From the NCBI GenBank assembly GCA_008369845.1, contig MRSU01000672.1, positions 1-64,000 of the forward strand: a DNA stretch of 64,000 nucleotides, given 5' to 3'. The notes under the pieces were generated by a model that was given only the letters and a program-made list of their open reading frames with translations, made no database searches and was not told the DNA's origin. The position numbers and the translations under genes were made by a program. Source of the stretch: Trichomonas gallinae. Its lineage: Eukaryota. Positions 1 through 10,565 of this stretch are shown one piece after another (positions within the stretch are counted from its first letter, which is position 1; every line of letters starts with the position of its first letter).

Positions 1-693
1 CAATTTTGAATCATTTTAAGCATCTTTTTTTCATGATATAATTATAACCGTTTCAATTCAAAATTGAATGTTCAAGAATAAGTTTATATTTATATGAGAT
101 AATTTAAAACACTAATATACTAGTACATAAATACCTTACCAGAAAGAGATTTGTTATATCGATTTAATTTTTTGGCTAGAGTTTGATCGTAACACATTCA
201 ATGTGCTATAGTAACATGTAGCTATTGTTACCTACATCATTTTCACTATATTTTTCACTGTAAAATCTTTAACCAAACGTTGCATTTTTTAAAGCTTCTA
301 AACCAAAATAACACATTAATAGAAGAACTGTATTAATTTTATGAATATACCGACCCAATTTATCAACAATACAATATTTTTCAATGCAGAAGGCCGTTTT
401 GCTATAACCAAATTCATTAAAAAATTTATTCACTTTTCAGTCTACGAAAAGAATTACACTATATATTTTAATAATGTCGAAGGTGATAATTTTGAAATGA
501 ATACGTTTTTTCCTTTCAAAATATAGCAATATTTAATATAATTTTTTTGTAGTTTTTTGACTCTTAGTTATAATTCTCAATAATATATTGACTGCTAAAA
601 AATTGAATGACCGAATAATATTCTGGGGAAAACGATAATAATCCTTTGCATCCCATTCAATTATTTGTGTTAATTTTTACAGTATTATAAATA

Positions 694-2178
694 ATGCTTA
701 TTTTGGTGTTTCTTCCGTTGGGTATTAGTGAGTTAATGAGTCTCACTGTGAAACCACAATTAACAAATCAAAATATCAACTCTTTTTTCCAACAAATTAT
801 AGAAATGAATATTCCGCCATATTTCCAAGTGTCAGATATAACATTCCAACCACTATTTGCCAATAAATATCGTCCTTTTTTTGTTCATCCAGATTCTACG
901 AGTTCAAGAGAAAATTTTTTTGAAAAGAATACAAAATCGTTTATTTTCAGTAATTTCGCCCCAGGAAGACACACATTCCGAATTAAATCTGACTGGGAAT
1001 ATGATGATGTAATAGAATTACATATTTCATTTAAATCAGATAATTCTACTGAAACGTTTGAAATTTTCGAGGAAAGTCCAGTTTTCACAATTCATCTAGA
1101 ATATGTGATCCCAGCGCTATTAATCTTTTTGCTTATTCCCAAAATTTTACTTTTTCAATTCAAAATCATTTTGGTTTTGATTTGCGCATTTTTGATTTCA
1201 TATAATGAGACAAATTTCAGGATGATGCTGAAAGTGAACAGCAAAGATAATCGAATATTTGCTGCATGTTATCCGCTCGAAAAACCTGATGATTGGACAA
1301 CTTATGACGAACAAGCATTAACCGAGGCTTTAAATAGCAAACTTGATTATTCAAAATGCAGATTGTGCAACTTCAATGCAGTAAAAAAGCCGAAATATGG
1401 ATCAAATGAGCGTGATGCGATATTTATGTTCACTTATGGAAGACATTGTGATTTTGGTGGTTTAATAAGTGCAAGAACAGCAGGATTCAAAGGAAAAATG
1501 TTTGTTTTTTATGATAGAAGTATATCACAAAGACTTAAGGACTGCGGAGTTTATCTTATTCCAATTAAAACTACTCGTACATCAGAATATTATGTAAACG
1601 CCATTCGTTTCCCAATCATGTATCAAGTGTTAGAGAAACACGCGAAAGAATTCGACAGAATAATTTATGCAGATGCTGGTGATGTTTTCTTCCAAGCAGA
1701 TCCATTTGATTGGGTTGATGATGCTTTGCAAACAAGCGATGAACATTACCCTCTAATCAAAGAATGGTGTTCTATTGGCTGGTTTGGAAAGTTTCCAGGT
1801 TTTTCTATGGATTATTTCTCTCCGAATGCTAATCTGACATGTTCAGGGATTTTTGGTGGCAAGGCAAATGTTGTTTACAATATGTCGAGACTTGTGGCTG
1901 GATTCTGGGCTAAGGGAGAACCAGGATATGCAGATCAAGCAGTTTACGATTTCATTATAGAAAGCAATATTTCGAAAAAGGCGGGAATTAAAATCAAAGT
2001 CAATCCAAACTTGGAAACAAGAGGAATCGAATTACGAAACTCAACATTCGATAAAGACTGGCCAGTTAATCCTTTAGGAAAGTTCCACAACACACGCACA
2101 GGATTTTATGCTGCAGCAATTCATCAAACTAATCGAAAAATGGCACTCCACAATTTATTTGTCGACCAATGCCGATGA
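694..2178 (+). CDS. Membrane-anchored protein with a C-terminal GT-A-like glycosyltransferase domain
   Basis: 494-aa ORF. Hydrophobic segment(s) YVIPALLIFLLIPKILLFQFKIILVLICAFLI are followed by a domain with DxxD/DxD-type motif RIIYADAGDVFFQADPF and a later ADQAV motif typical of GT-A folds. The start is uncertain. Confidence 0.6.
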   Translation: MLILVFLPLGISELMSLTVKPQLTNQNINSFFQQIIEMNIPPYFQVSDITFQPLFANKYRPFFVHPDSTSSRENFFEKNTKSFIFSNFAPGRHTFRIKSDWEYDDVIELHISFKSDNSTETFEIFEESPVFTIHLEYVIPALLIFLLIPKILLFQFKIILVLICAFLISYNETNFRMMLKVNSKDNRIFAACYPLEKPDDWTTYDEQALTEALNSKLDYSKCRLCNFNAVKKPKYGSNERDAIFMFTYGRHCDFGGLISARTAGFKGKMFVFYDRSISQRLKDCGVYLIPIKTTRTSEYYVNAIRFPIMYQVLEKHAKEFDRIIYADAGDVFFQADPFDWVDDALQTSDEHYPLIKEWCSIGWFGKFPGFSMDYFSPNANLTCSGIFGGKANVVYNMSRLVAGFWAKGEPGYADQAVYDFIIESNISKKAGIKIKVNPNLETRGIELRNSTFDKDWPVNPLGKFHNTRTGFYAAAIHQTNRKMALHNLFVDQCR

Positions 2179-2614
2179 TGTTTTTATTGACCATGGAAAT
2201 TATCAAATTAAAAAATTATTGTTCTGTAATCATAATAAATGTTCTTAGATAGATGTTTTTTAAATGAAAATTGCGCTTATTGTTAAAAATGAATTCTTTT
2301 GAATAGATATATTATGATTAAGAATAATTTCATTAACATGGAAGCCTACAACTTAGATTGCAATGATTTTTTTCATTTAGAAGGTTAAAATTTTAATTCA
2401 TATTATGAAAATTTGAAATATTTGTGAGCTTATAAATTGCTACATCATTCAACTCATATATGTTAGCGGGTCCTATAAATAGTTTATGAAATATCTATTT
2501 TTGTTCATTTTTGATTATTTGAGATTTTTAAATTTTATTAACTTTCTATGTGTTCTACTATGTACTAATATGTATATGATGCAATTTTTATGCTTTTTAA
2601 TCAACAAACAAACA

Positions 2615-3817
2615 TTAATAAATATATTTGAGATATTTGTGGTGCCCGTACTTGTGGCTGTGGTGAAGGCGGTTTGGTTTTGGACTTCGCGGACCATCTT
2701 CATCATCCCTAAACTTGTAAGGTTCTTCTCTATGATGATGCTTTCTGCGTTTTTTAAGTTCTTCGTCATCATCTGGGTTGTTCATTATGCTGCTCTTGAG
2801 CTTGCGGTGTCTCTTTTTGTACTGGTTCATCATCGCTGTGAATTGCGCATGATGCTTCGTTCGTTTTTGGTTTCTCTCTTCATCTTCTGATGTTGGCTCT
2901 GGCTCCATCATGAATCGAGATGTTGGCTTGAATTTAGTGACAATAATGATATCACCCGAATCATCTGAGAACATATCGTGTTCTAAAATATCATTTTGGC
3001 GAGTATCAACGCCTTTTTGCTTGAATCTGTAGAAAATATCATAGTTGGAGTAGCCTGATAAGTTTGATGATGATTTTGGAGACTGTGGAGCGTTTTCTTG
3101 TTCAACTGATGCATTATTTGGCTGTTCTGATGCATCACTGGCAAATATTCCAGCAGATGGTATATGTATGAGTGGAATGGAGTCTTCCTCGACTGTTGTT
3201 TCAGAAGTCTGATTGAGATTGAAGTTTATTTCTGTTTGACTCAGTTTAAGGTCGCCCATTGCGCCTAAAGGTATCAATTCGGAGCTAACATTCTGTTCTG
3301 ATGATAATGACTTAGCTAGAGGAAGATTCGTGATAACCTCGTCTTCTTTAATTGGTGGAAGCGGAAGATTGCGAGTTACGTCTTGTCTTTCCAAATTTTC
3401 GAGTAAATCTGCCTTATTATTTTTCACGCCAGCAGTGCAAGTGTTTAAATTGAAGATATTGTGCGTGGCAAATAATCCCGCCCTTCTGCTTCGTTTTCTC
3501 ATTAAAGAAAGCGGCATTAAAGCAAGATCTACGTCCGCAGAATCTGATTCTTTCATTTTTGTGAATTTGAATTGTATAGATCCGGAAGAATTGATTTTTG
3601 CGACGCCGTCTGTATTTGTTTCAGCATTATTATTGATATTTTCTGAATTTTCTGGGTTCTCTTCATCGTCTCTGTCCTTAGAAAGCTTGGCACGGCCCGC
3701 TGAGACAATAATTTCCTTCAAGCTTCGCCCGCACAGAGACTTTCCACGCTTAAGCTCTGTTTTCACACGCATTTCTGGCAAAGCAAGCTCTACTTGCTCA
3801 AAAATATGCGGATGCAT
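2615..3817 (-). CDS. Hypothetical protein, low-complexity, basic/His-rich C-terminus (possible NLS)
   Basis: 400-aa ORF with coding-like composition; C-terminal KKRHRKLK and KKRRKHHHREE; AAAGTGAC motif upstream (3878-3885 on the minus strand). Confidence 0.65.
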   Translation of the reverse strand: MHPHIFEQVELALPEMRVKTELKRGKSLCGRSLKEIIVSAGRAKLSKDRDDEENPENSENINNNAETNTDGVAKINSSGSIQFKFTKMKESDSADVDLALMPLSLMRKRSRRAGLFATHNIFNLNTCTAGVKNNKADLLENLERQDVTRNLPLPPIKEDEVITNLPLAKSLSSEQNVSSELIPLGAMGDLKLSQTEINFNLNQTSETTVEEDSIPLIHIPSAGIFASDASEQPNNASVEQENAPQSPKSSSNLSGYSNYDIFYRFKQKGVDTRQNDILEHDMFSDDSGDIIIVTKFKPTSRFMMEPEPTSEDEERNQKRTKHHAQFTAMMNQYKKRHRKLKSSIMNNPDDDEELKKRRKHHHREEPYKFRDDEDGPRSPKPNRLHHSHKYGHHKYLKYIY

Positions 3818-4027
3818 CTAGATTTTGCCCAATAAAAACAGAGATTTTTATTGAATGGTTAACGATTTTATAATCTTGTCACTTTTAATCACTGAGATTT
3901 TTATTTAATGAAATTCTTTGCAATTTCATGTACAGCATCTTTATATGCAAATTAATCCAAATTACAACGAATTATTCCTTCAAATGCTTTCCATCTTCTT
4001 GGAAATGAAAATTACATTAATAAATGC

Positions 4028-4481
4028 TTTGTAAATATTTACATGACAAAAAATATTTTGTACAATATTTGGATAACAATTATTGGAGAGATCTGGCAAA
4101 TGCACAACCTATTTGCAAGCATTTTTTTCCCTATTATGAGATAATATTACAGAAACTGCTATAATAGTCTTGTTGCTACGCAGTTCCTTGCTCTTATACA
4201 ATGTTTTTTTAGTATTCCACAAAAAAATGAAATTGTTTTGTAAATTTTTTACATGACAAATTTCTGAAAACAGAAAGGACAACTAGACAATTTTGTCTGA
4301 ATCTAGGCAACTTTATTCTAACCTGGTCAGGTTTGCCCAGTTCTCGACAGTCTTGTTCGACTATTCTATTTCGTGGTAAAAAATAATTTTTGTTTTGTAA
4401 ATATCTACAAGACAAAATAAATTTGGTAAATTTTTTACGTGACAAAAATAATTTTGTTTTGTAAATATTTACATGACAAAA
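4028..4481. repeat. Five copies of a ~25-bp unit TTTGTAAATWTTTACATGACAAA in the divergent intergenic region
   Basis: Copies near 4028, 4236, 4393, 4422 and 4458. Two copies contain the perfect palindrome TGTAAATATTTACA. Confidence 0.7.
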
Positions 4482-4524
4482 CAGATGTAAAGTTATCGTT
4501 GAAGAAAACGTATATTTTGAATAA

Positions 4525-5235
4525 ATGAGCACTAATCCACTCCGTGACCTTGCTGCATGCGCAAGAGATATCAGAATGGTCGGCCTTGGAAGTGTTCCGA
4601 TCAATATCGAGCGCTCGTGCCTTATATTGATCAATCAATACGCTTATCACAACACTGCTTCTATTCAGAGCGCAATTCGCATCGCCAAATTCGCTAAATG
4701 GACCACATGCGAGGTTTACTATATCGTTGACCCGAATGTGAACGAAACAATCGACGCTATCACTCACTTCACAACCACTGTCCGCAAGTTTTCATTTATT
4801 TACTTCTCCGGCAATCCGATCTCTCAGGACACAATGGATGGCAAAGCAGTCATCAAGTGTTCTAACGGTACAGTCGGTCCAAACTTAATTTATTCGACAA
4901 TCGATCAGAAGCCAGGCGATCTCAAGCTTGTTCTCTGCATCGATGGAATCAACAACCCAGACTTGTGGAATCCTAATGAACAGGACCTCACAATGGAACA
5001 CACAGCAATTCTTGCACCATATCCAGATCCAGAACAAGCCCATCTTCAGCAGCTTGACTTACAGAATGAAACAATCTTTATTAACGAATTTTGGAATGCT
5101 ATCAAAGTCGCCCCACAGTCAACACTCAAAGATATATTCACAAAAATTAGCAGAGAACTTAATGTATTCGGACAAAAAATACTTGCCGCTACATTCCCAC
5201 CAGAGGATTATGACAAGGAGCCATTGATTTTATAA
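4525..5235 (+). CDS. Metacaspase-like (clan CD, C14) protein with catalytic dyad substituted
   Basis: Caspase-fold strand pattern RSCLILINQY ... FIYFSGNP (normally YYSGHG) ... LKLVLCIDGINNPDLW (normally LxxxxDxCHSGxxW). Confidence 0.7.
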   Translation: MSTNPLRDLAACARDIRMVGLGSVPINIERSCLILINQYAYHNTASIQSAIRIAKFAKWTTCEVYYIVDPNVNETIDAITHFTTTVRKFSFIYFSGNPISQDTMDGKAVIKCSNGTVGPNLIYSTIDQKPGDLKLVLCIDGINNPDLWNPNEQDLTMEHTAILAPYPDPEQAHLQQLDLQNETIFINEFWNAIKVAPQSTLKDIFTKISRELNVFGQKILAATFPPEDYDKEPLIL

Positions 5236-5446
5236 AACTTTTTTTATTTGATTCAATTATTCATATTTAGAACATTGCAATACATATATCTATTCATTTT
5301 CACAAGCAATGTAAATTAAATAGATTAAAAACTAGTATTGATGTTTAAATATTTCATTAATTAAATAAATCATTGTTTTATTATATTTAATAATGAAAAA
5401 ATATGTGGATTTATTGTGTATGGTGTAACAGTGCCATTTTAATTTG

Positions 5447-6271
5447 ATGAAACTGCTTGTTAATAACATTTCGTGGATAGTTTCAGCAGCAGTATTAATT
5501 TTCGTGTCAATAAGTTTATTATACAAAATATGTGATGCTTCTGATGGTTATGAACAGTATTGGCAATCAAATTCGCAACGCCCAGAAATTAATGTTACTG
5601 AATGCTGCATTGCAACTGTTTTTGATAATGAAACTGCTCTAAGTGCTATAGTTCTTGGAAACTCTTTGCAAAATCTAGGAATTGACAAACTTAGAATTTT
5701 TGCTTTTTCGAAATATGAAGCTGCACCAGAAAAACAAACTATTATTCAATCATTATTCAATTACACGCAATACAAATATAATAGAAATGAAAGAAACTCA
5801 ACATTGGAGAAATTTTGGATTGCAAATCAATGCAAAAGAGTTGTTTATGCAACTCCAACGGGAATATTTAATAAATTTCCAATAGATGCATGCAAATCCA
5901 CAGGTTTTGCATCTGTTGCAAAACTAAATGATATTGCTCAATTTGATTATAAGTTTTTCGCAGTAGACGCAGAGCAAATAGAAGGCCATCATATAGATTT
6001 GCTCTTTAATGAGAAGGTCAGACGTGTTTACCATAGCTATAACCCTCTTCCAACAGACTCATGCGTCAAAGATTATGCCAGCGGATTTTTAGACTTTTGG
6101 ACAAGATTCGCGACACCGACATTCGTTAGATATTCGCCGAAAACATTCGAGAGCGCATTATTAGGTAAATCAGTGAATACTGATCGTTATGGGTCAATAT
6201 ATTTATATCCACTCATCAAGAAATCTATTGATGACGCAAATTCGAAATACAAACTATCACACATGAAATGA
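5447..6271 (+). CDS. Type II membrane GT8/glycogenin-like protein, DxD motif degenerate
   Basis: N-terminal TM (WIVSAAVLIFVSISLLY). SAIVLGNSL resembles the glycogenin-family GALVLGxSL; EKFW...KRVVYATPT aligns to KLxxW...KVVYLDAD. Confidence 0.55.
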   Translation: MKLLVNNISWIVSAAVLIFVSISLLYKICDASDGYEQYWQSNSQRPEINVTECCIATVFDNETALSAIVLGNSLQNLGIDKLRIFAFSKYEAAPEKQTIIQSLFNYTQYKYNRNERNSTLEKFWIANQCKRVVYATPTGIFNKFPIDACKSTGFASVAKLNDIAQFDYKFFAVDAEQIEGHHIDLLFNEKVRRVYHSYNPLPTDSCVKDYASGFLDFWTRFATPTFVRYSPKTFESALLGKSVNTDRYGSIYLYPLIKKSIDDANSKYKLSHMK

Positions 6272-6687
6272 TTTATTCTTATTCTTATATAGGACTTTCC
6301 CATGTTAAATGCAACAAAAAGGATTACACTTTTGGAAGATAAACATCAAATGAAATATAGGAAATGTTTTAAAAATGCTCAACAACTTAAAAAAAAAATA
6401 TTGATGAATCCATAAGTTTCATTAAATCAAAACAAATACTAAGAACATTTATATATCGTAATCTGATTGAAATAGTTACCAATTTACTTATAGTTTATCT
6501 GTGAAATCATAAATCAAAATGAAAAGGACAGCATTATATGATGCTTCAATCATTAGTCAATATCTTTTCATATCAATAATATATTAGGGAATTTTATGAG
6601 ACTACTTTATAATCATCAAATGGTATGGAATTGGGAAAATCATAAGAAGAATTGAATCTGCCGACATTTGACATAAATATATATATA

Positions 6688-7323
6688 ATGCTTGCACTAT
6701 TAGTATGTGGCTGTTTTTCTTTGAATATGACAGAGAATGGCCATGGAACTAACATAAATAGGATGAAACAGCTTAACGAACGGTTAAGAAGGTCGTCTAG
6801 GATTGATTATCATAATTTTAGGCCTCAGATTAAATTATGGGAGAATCGTTGCTACTGGATTATTGGCGAGTATTTGAACGGAAATATATATCTATATGAT
6901 TATAATACGGACGATCTTCAATCAATTGTTGGAGAAATTTCATCCAAAACTAATTTAAATCCAGAAGCACTTTCAACTTGGTTTAGGGCGGTAAAGTATT
7001 CGGCGAATACTAGGCGCGGATTTAATACTTTTTCGATGGACAAGAAAGCATTCCCTAATTTAGAGCCGAGTAGATTCAATGGCCGCTATGCACAACTTTC
7101 AAAAACGAAGATATTTATTACAAGGACAGACGGCCACTATAGAGTTCATGTTGATTATCGATTCGCTGATTCACAGTATTGGTTGGAAAGGATCGGCGAT
7201 GGCTGGATAATACATGCAGAGCAATTTAAATGCAATGGTGCTGGTAATGTGTTTCTGCATAAGGAATTATTTGACGCAAATGAACTCGATATGATTTATC
7301 GTGGTCTTGATAATCGTATTTAA
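6688..7323 (+). CDS. Secreted hypothetical protein, tandem paralog 1
   Basis: Short signal peptide MLALLVCGCFS; colinear with 7443-8081 (shared PQIKLW, FSMDKK, RFNGRYAQLSKT, IYRGLxNRI). Confidence 0.75.
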   Translation: MLALLVCGCFSLNMTENGHGTNINRMKQLNERLRRSSRIDYHNFRPQIKLWENRCYWIIGEYLNGNIYLYDYNTDDLQSIVGEISSKTNLNPEALSTWFRAVKYSANTRRGFNTFSMDKKAFPNLEPSRFNGRYAQLSKTKIFITRTDGHYRVHVDYRFADSQYWLERIGDGWIIHAEQFKCNGAGNVFLHKELFDANELDMIYRGLDNRI

Positions 7324-7442
7324 ATCAATAAAATCTTTGTTGATTTTAAATTTGAATTTTTCTATTAATACATCACCATATATTTAGATTTCATAGGATT
7401 TGCCGACATTTTGACAAAAATTTGCCGTCATTTGACAAAATA

Positions 7443-8081
7443 ATGTTCACAGTATTACTATGCTTGTGCTTTTCTTTGAATATGACGGAGAATAAGCATA
7501 AAGGCAACTACAATCAAAGGAAAAAGTACAATGAACAAGCAGAACAAATGTGCCGGATTCATTATCAAAAATTTCATCCACAGATTAAATTATGGCAAAA
7601 TAGATGCAATTGGATTATTGGTGAGCATTTGGACAAGAAATCAGACCAATTCGATCTTGTTACGGCCGATCTTCATTCAATTGCTGCTGAAATATCATCG
7701 AAAACAAACATTAGTCCAGAGAATCTTTTATCATGGTTTAATATTGTCAAGTATTCATCAGTTGCTAGGCGTGGATTCTATACTTTCTCAATGGACAAGA
7801 AAACATTCCCTAAGTTAGAGCCAAGGAGATTCAATGGCCGTTATGCACAACTTTCAAAAACTATGATCTTTATTACAAAGACTAACGGTCAATATAATAT
7901 TCATGTTGAACATAAATTCGCTGATTCGCATTTTTGGATGGAAATGATCAGTGATGGCTGGTTAGCACATGGAGCTCCACAGCTTATATGCAAGGATGCT
8001 CATGATGTCTTAAGAAGAACTCAATTATATGACTCGAAACAGCTCGAAATTATTTATCGTGGTCTTGAAAATCGCATTTAA
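7443..8081 (+). CDS. Secreted hypothetical protein, tandem paralog 2
   Basis: Signal peptide MFTVLLCLCFS; full-length paralog of 6688-7323. Confidence 0.75.
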   Translation: MFTVLLCLCFSLNMTENKHKGNYNQRKKYNEQAEQMCRIHYQKFHPQIKLWQNRCNWIIGEHLDKKSDQFDLVTADLHSIAAEISSKTNISPENLLSWFNIVKYSSVARRGFYTFSMDKKTFPKLEPRRFNGRYAQLSKTMIFITKTNGQYNIHVEHKFADSHFWMEMISDGWLAHGAPQLICKDAHDVLRRTQLYDSKQLEIIYRGLENRI

Positions 8082-8408
8082 TTCCATCCTGATTGATTTT
8101 TAATTTTTAATTAAAAAATTAAGAATTGTAATAAGATTAAGATTATGTAATATATATATATTAAACACTATTATATTAGCATGTAATTCAAACACATATA
8201 TAACATATTTATCAGAAATTCAACTAATTTCCAATTTTGGAATGAAGTTTTAATATCAATACTATAGGGAAATATCACATATAGAATCACATTATATGGG
8301 TATGTTTATCAATATTCCATGAGTTTGAAATTATGTTGTGATGTTTAGTGGTGGTAAATTTATAAAAGTGGTTTTAAGGTTCTTAAATGTGACAAGACAA
8401 AAAAAATT

Positions 8409-8834
8409 ATGGAAGATGATCCATTTTTTGCGCCTATTTCGAATCCGAGTGAAATAAAGCCTGTTACTGCAACAGTTTCATTCAATGATGATAAACATAA
8501 ATCTTCTAAACCAAATAAAAGTGATTCCAAAACTAAAAAATCTGATTCTAAGAATAATAACAGACAAAAACAATCGAGAGACTCTCACAGAGACTCGCAC
8601 GCATCATCCAAGAAATCAGATCATAAAGATCATGATAAATTAGAAAAATCTGGAATACCAACATCATACAAACGCAAAAAATACATTGATCCAAGAATTA
8701 GGCTGCCATCTATGCTTAATGACATCCCATTTCCGAAGCCATTATCAATTAATCCTGATGCTCCCCCTAATTCTTTCAAAATCTTCAACCCAGAGGTTCC
8801 AGAAATACCGAAACTCGCCGAGCTTTACGATTAA
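8409..8834 (+). CDS. Hypothetical protein, Lys/Ser/Asp-rich with Pro-rich tail
   Basis: 141-aa ORF with ATG after an A-rich leader; no recognisable domain. Confidence 0.6.
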   Translation: MEDDPFFAPISNPSEIKPVTATVSFNDDKHKSSKPNKSDSKTKKSDSKNNNRQKQSRDSHRDSHASSKKSDHKDHDKLEKSGIPTSYKRKKYIDPRIRLPSMLNDIPFPKPLSINPDAPPNSFKIFNPEVPEIPKLAELYD

Positions 8835-8930
8835 TTCGTATTTGTTCGATTTTGTTCAATATATTATTGTTGTTGATGAAATTTAACTTGTAAACTGTTT
8901 GAATATATGATACTATCAAATTTCTATGTT

Positions 8931-9374
8931 TTAATTGTTGACATTAGCATTTTGAGTTTTTTTGTTATGTTCTTGAATTTTATTAATGAGTTGTTGAATC
9001 TGATCTGTTGAGTAAATTGCTTCTGGTTGTGTAAATATGTCTTCTTTCCTAGAGTGATCGTATTTAATGTGAGGTGATTTGCGAATTAAACGAGATTTTG
9101 TTCTGTTTAATACTTTATATATGAATGGACGAGGCGGAAGTTTAAAAGCGCGAGAAATGCAGCAGTGGAATCTGAAATTGATGAAAAATAACATGATAAA
9201 AAATAAAAATATTATAAAATATGGAAGATATGGAACAAATTTAGCGGAATAGATCCGAGTTGATGTATATTCTGCACCACAGTATCTTGTTTTAATTTTT
9301 GTCTCGTTTTCGATTTTTGAGCTGCTTTCTTCACTTGTTGACATCAAAAAATGAACAAACAATAAATAATTCAT
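8931..9374 (-). CDS. Hypothetical single-pass membrane protein
   Basis: 147-aa ORF with TM segment YLPYFIIFLFFIMLFFINF; start may be the second Met. Confidence 0.5.
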   Translation of the reverse strand: MNYLLFVHFLMSTSEESSSKIENETKIKTRYCGAEYTSTRIYSAKFVPYLPYFIIFLFFIMLFFINFRFHCCISRAFKLPPRPFIYKVLNRTKSRLIRKSPHIKYDHSRKEDIFTQPEAIYSTDQIQQLINKIQEHNKKTQNANVNN

Positions 9375-9864
9375 AATATGAACAACAAATCAGATGTATT
9401 TTCATACTAAATTCTATCACAAATCTCGAATTAAAAAATATCAAAATTATTATTAACAATTCATTCTTTCATAGTTTGCATACATTACACACTATAGATT
9501 TGCAGTAATATCTACCACGAAAAACCACTATTTGATGATGATTCATAAAATCTCAAAATATATGATATATAGAGACATCAAACTTTAATATAATAACATT
9601 CAATACAACTCAATGTTTATTATAGTTTGATTGTAATAAAAGAACAACTTTATAAGAACATTACATGACAAATTTGACATGTAAAATTTTTCACTTTTGT
9701 ATAATAACGGTTTGTCATTATCTTCTTTTTCATGAATAGAGTTAGATTTAAGCAGTAAAATTCCGAGTTTAGTAAAAATTCATGCTGTATATGCTATATA
9801 TAGAATTAGGAAGCGAAATAATTTTATAAACAGACATGTTCAAATTTTGAGAGGGAGTGTTTGG

Positions 9865-9869
9865 CCTTT
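9865..9869 (+). promoter_or_regulatory. CCTTT (M5-type) core promoter element of a ribosomal protein gene
   Basis: GGCCTTTCGAATG directly precedes the RPS19 ATG; CCTTT is a described Inr alternative at trichomonad ribosomal protein genes. Confidence 0.65.
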
Positions 9870-9872
9870 CGA

Positions 9873-10322
9873 ATGATTGGAGGAAAGACCGGCCACAAGG
9901 GTTTCCAAGCCCGCGAAATCCCAGCAGACGTTTTCGTTAACGCTCTTGCTAAGCACTTAGAGGAATCTCACGTCATCGCAGCTCCAGAATGGGCTGATCT
10001 TGTCAAGTCTGCTGCTTTGAAGCAGATGCCACCAACAAAGCGCAACTGGTGGTACATCCGTGCTGCTGCTGTTGCCCGCCAAATCTACATGCACCACACA
10101 GCTTCCCTCTCTGGACTTGTTTTCCACTATGGTGCCAATCTTAAGGCTCTTACAATTCCAAAGCACCACCATAACGCCTCCCAAAAGGTTATCCGCACAA
10201 TCCTTAAACAATTTGAGCAGGCTCAGCTTGTCAAGATTGTTGAGGGTGAAGGCCGTCAATTAACACCAAAGGGCCAGAAGCTCCTTGACCAGATTGCTAA
10301 CGAGTGTGGCAAGAACCTTTAA
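9873..10322 (+). CDS. RPS19: 40S ribosomal protein S19e (eS19)
   Basis: PEWADLVKS, NWWYIRAAAVARQIY, IRTILKQFE, GRQLTPKGQKLLDQIA; strong C-ending codon bias. ATG at 9873 (the track's TTG at 9861 is unlikely). Confidence 0.97.
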   Translation: MIGGKTGHKGFQAREIPADVFVNALAKHLEESHVIAAPEWADLVKSAALKQMPPTKRNWWYIRAAAVARQIYMHHTASLSGLVFHYGANLKALTIPKHHHNASQKVIRTILKQFEQAQLVKIVEGEGRQLTPKGQKLLDQIANECGKNL

Positions 10323-10565
10323 AGTGACATATTAAACATATTGGAAAGTGAATACTTTTAACGATTTTTTAATATGTTTAATGGATTTAATATTTATAAA
10401 TCATCCACTAAAATCATGTGATATTTATTACTGAAATTCTATGAATTTGATCAAAAAACGATCAAAGAATATCAATATTTGTGCGATTTTGCAATTTTGT
10501 TTATCAAATATGTGTTTTTATTTAACAATATATATATTTCGGTTATATATTAAATAACAATCATT

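Noticed and set aside
2486..2890. Hydrophobic 134-aa + strand ORF
   Set aside because: Antisense to the Lys/His-rich 3' end of the 2615-3817 gene; hydrophobicity is the mirror of A-rich codons.
4028..4481. Spaced ~25-30-bp palindromic repeats superficially like a CRISPR array
   Set aside because: Irregular spacing, degenerate AT-rich units, no unique spacers of constant length, no cas genes, eukaryotic context.
9861..9872. Non-ATG or upstream starts in the ORF track (also 23392, 26433, 55605, 60232)
   Set aside because: Eukaryotic context; downstream ATGs fit homolog N-termini and lie just after Inr/CCTTT elements.
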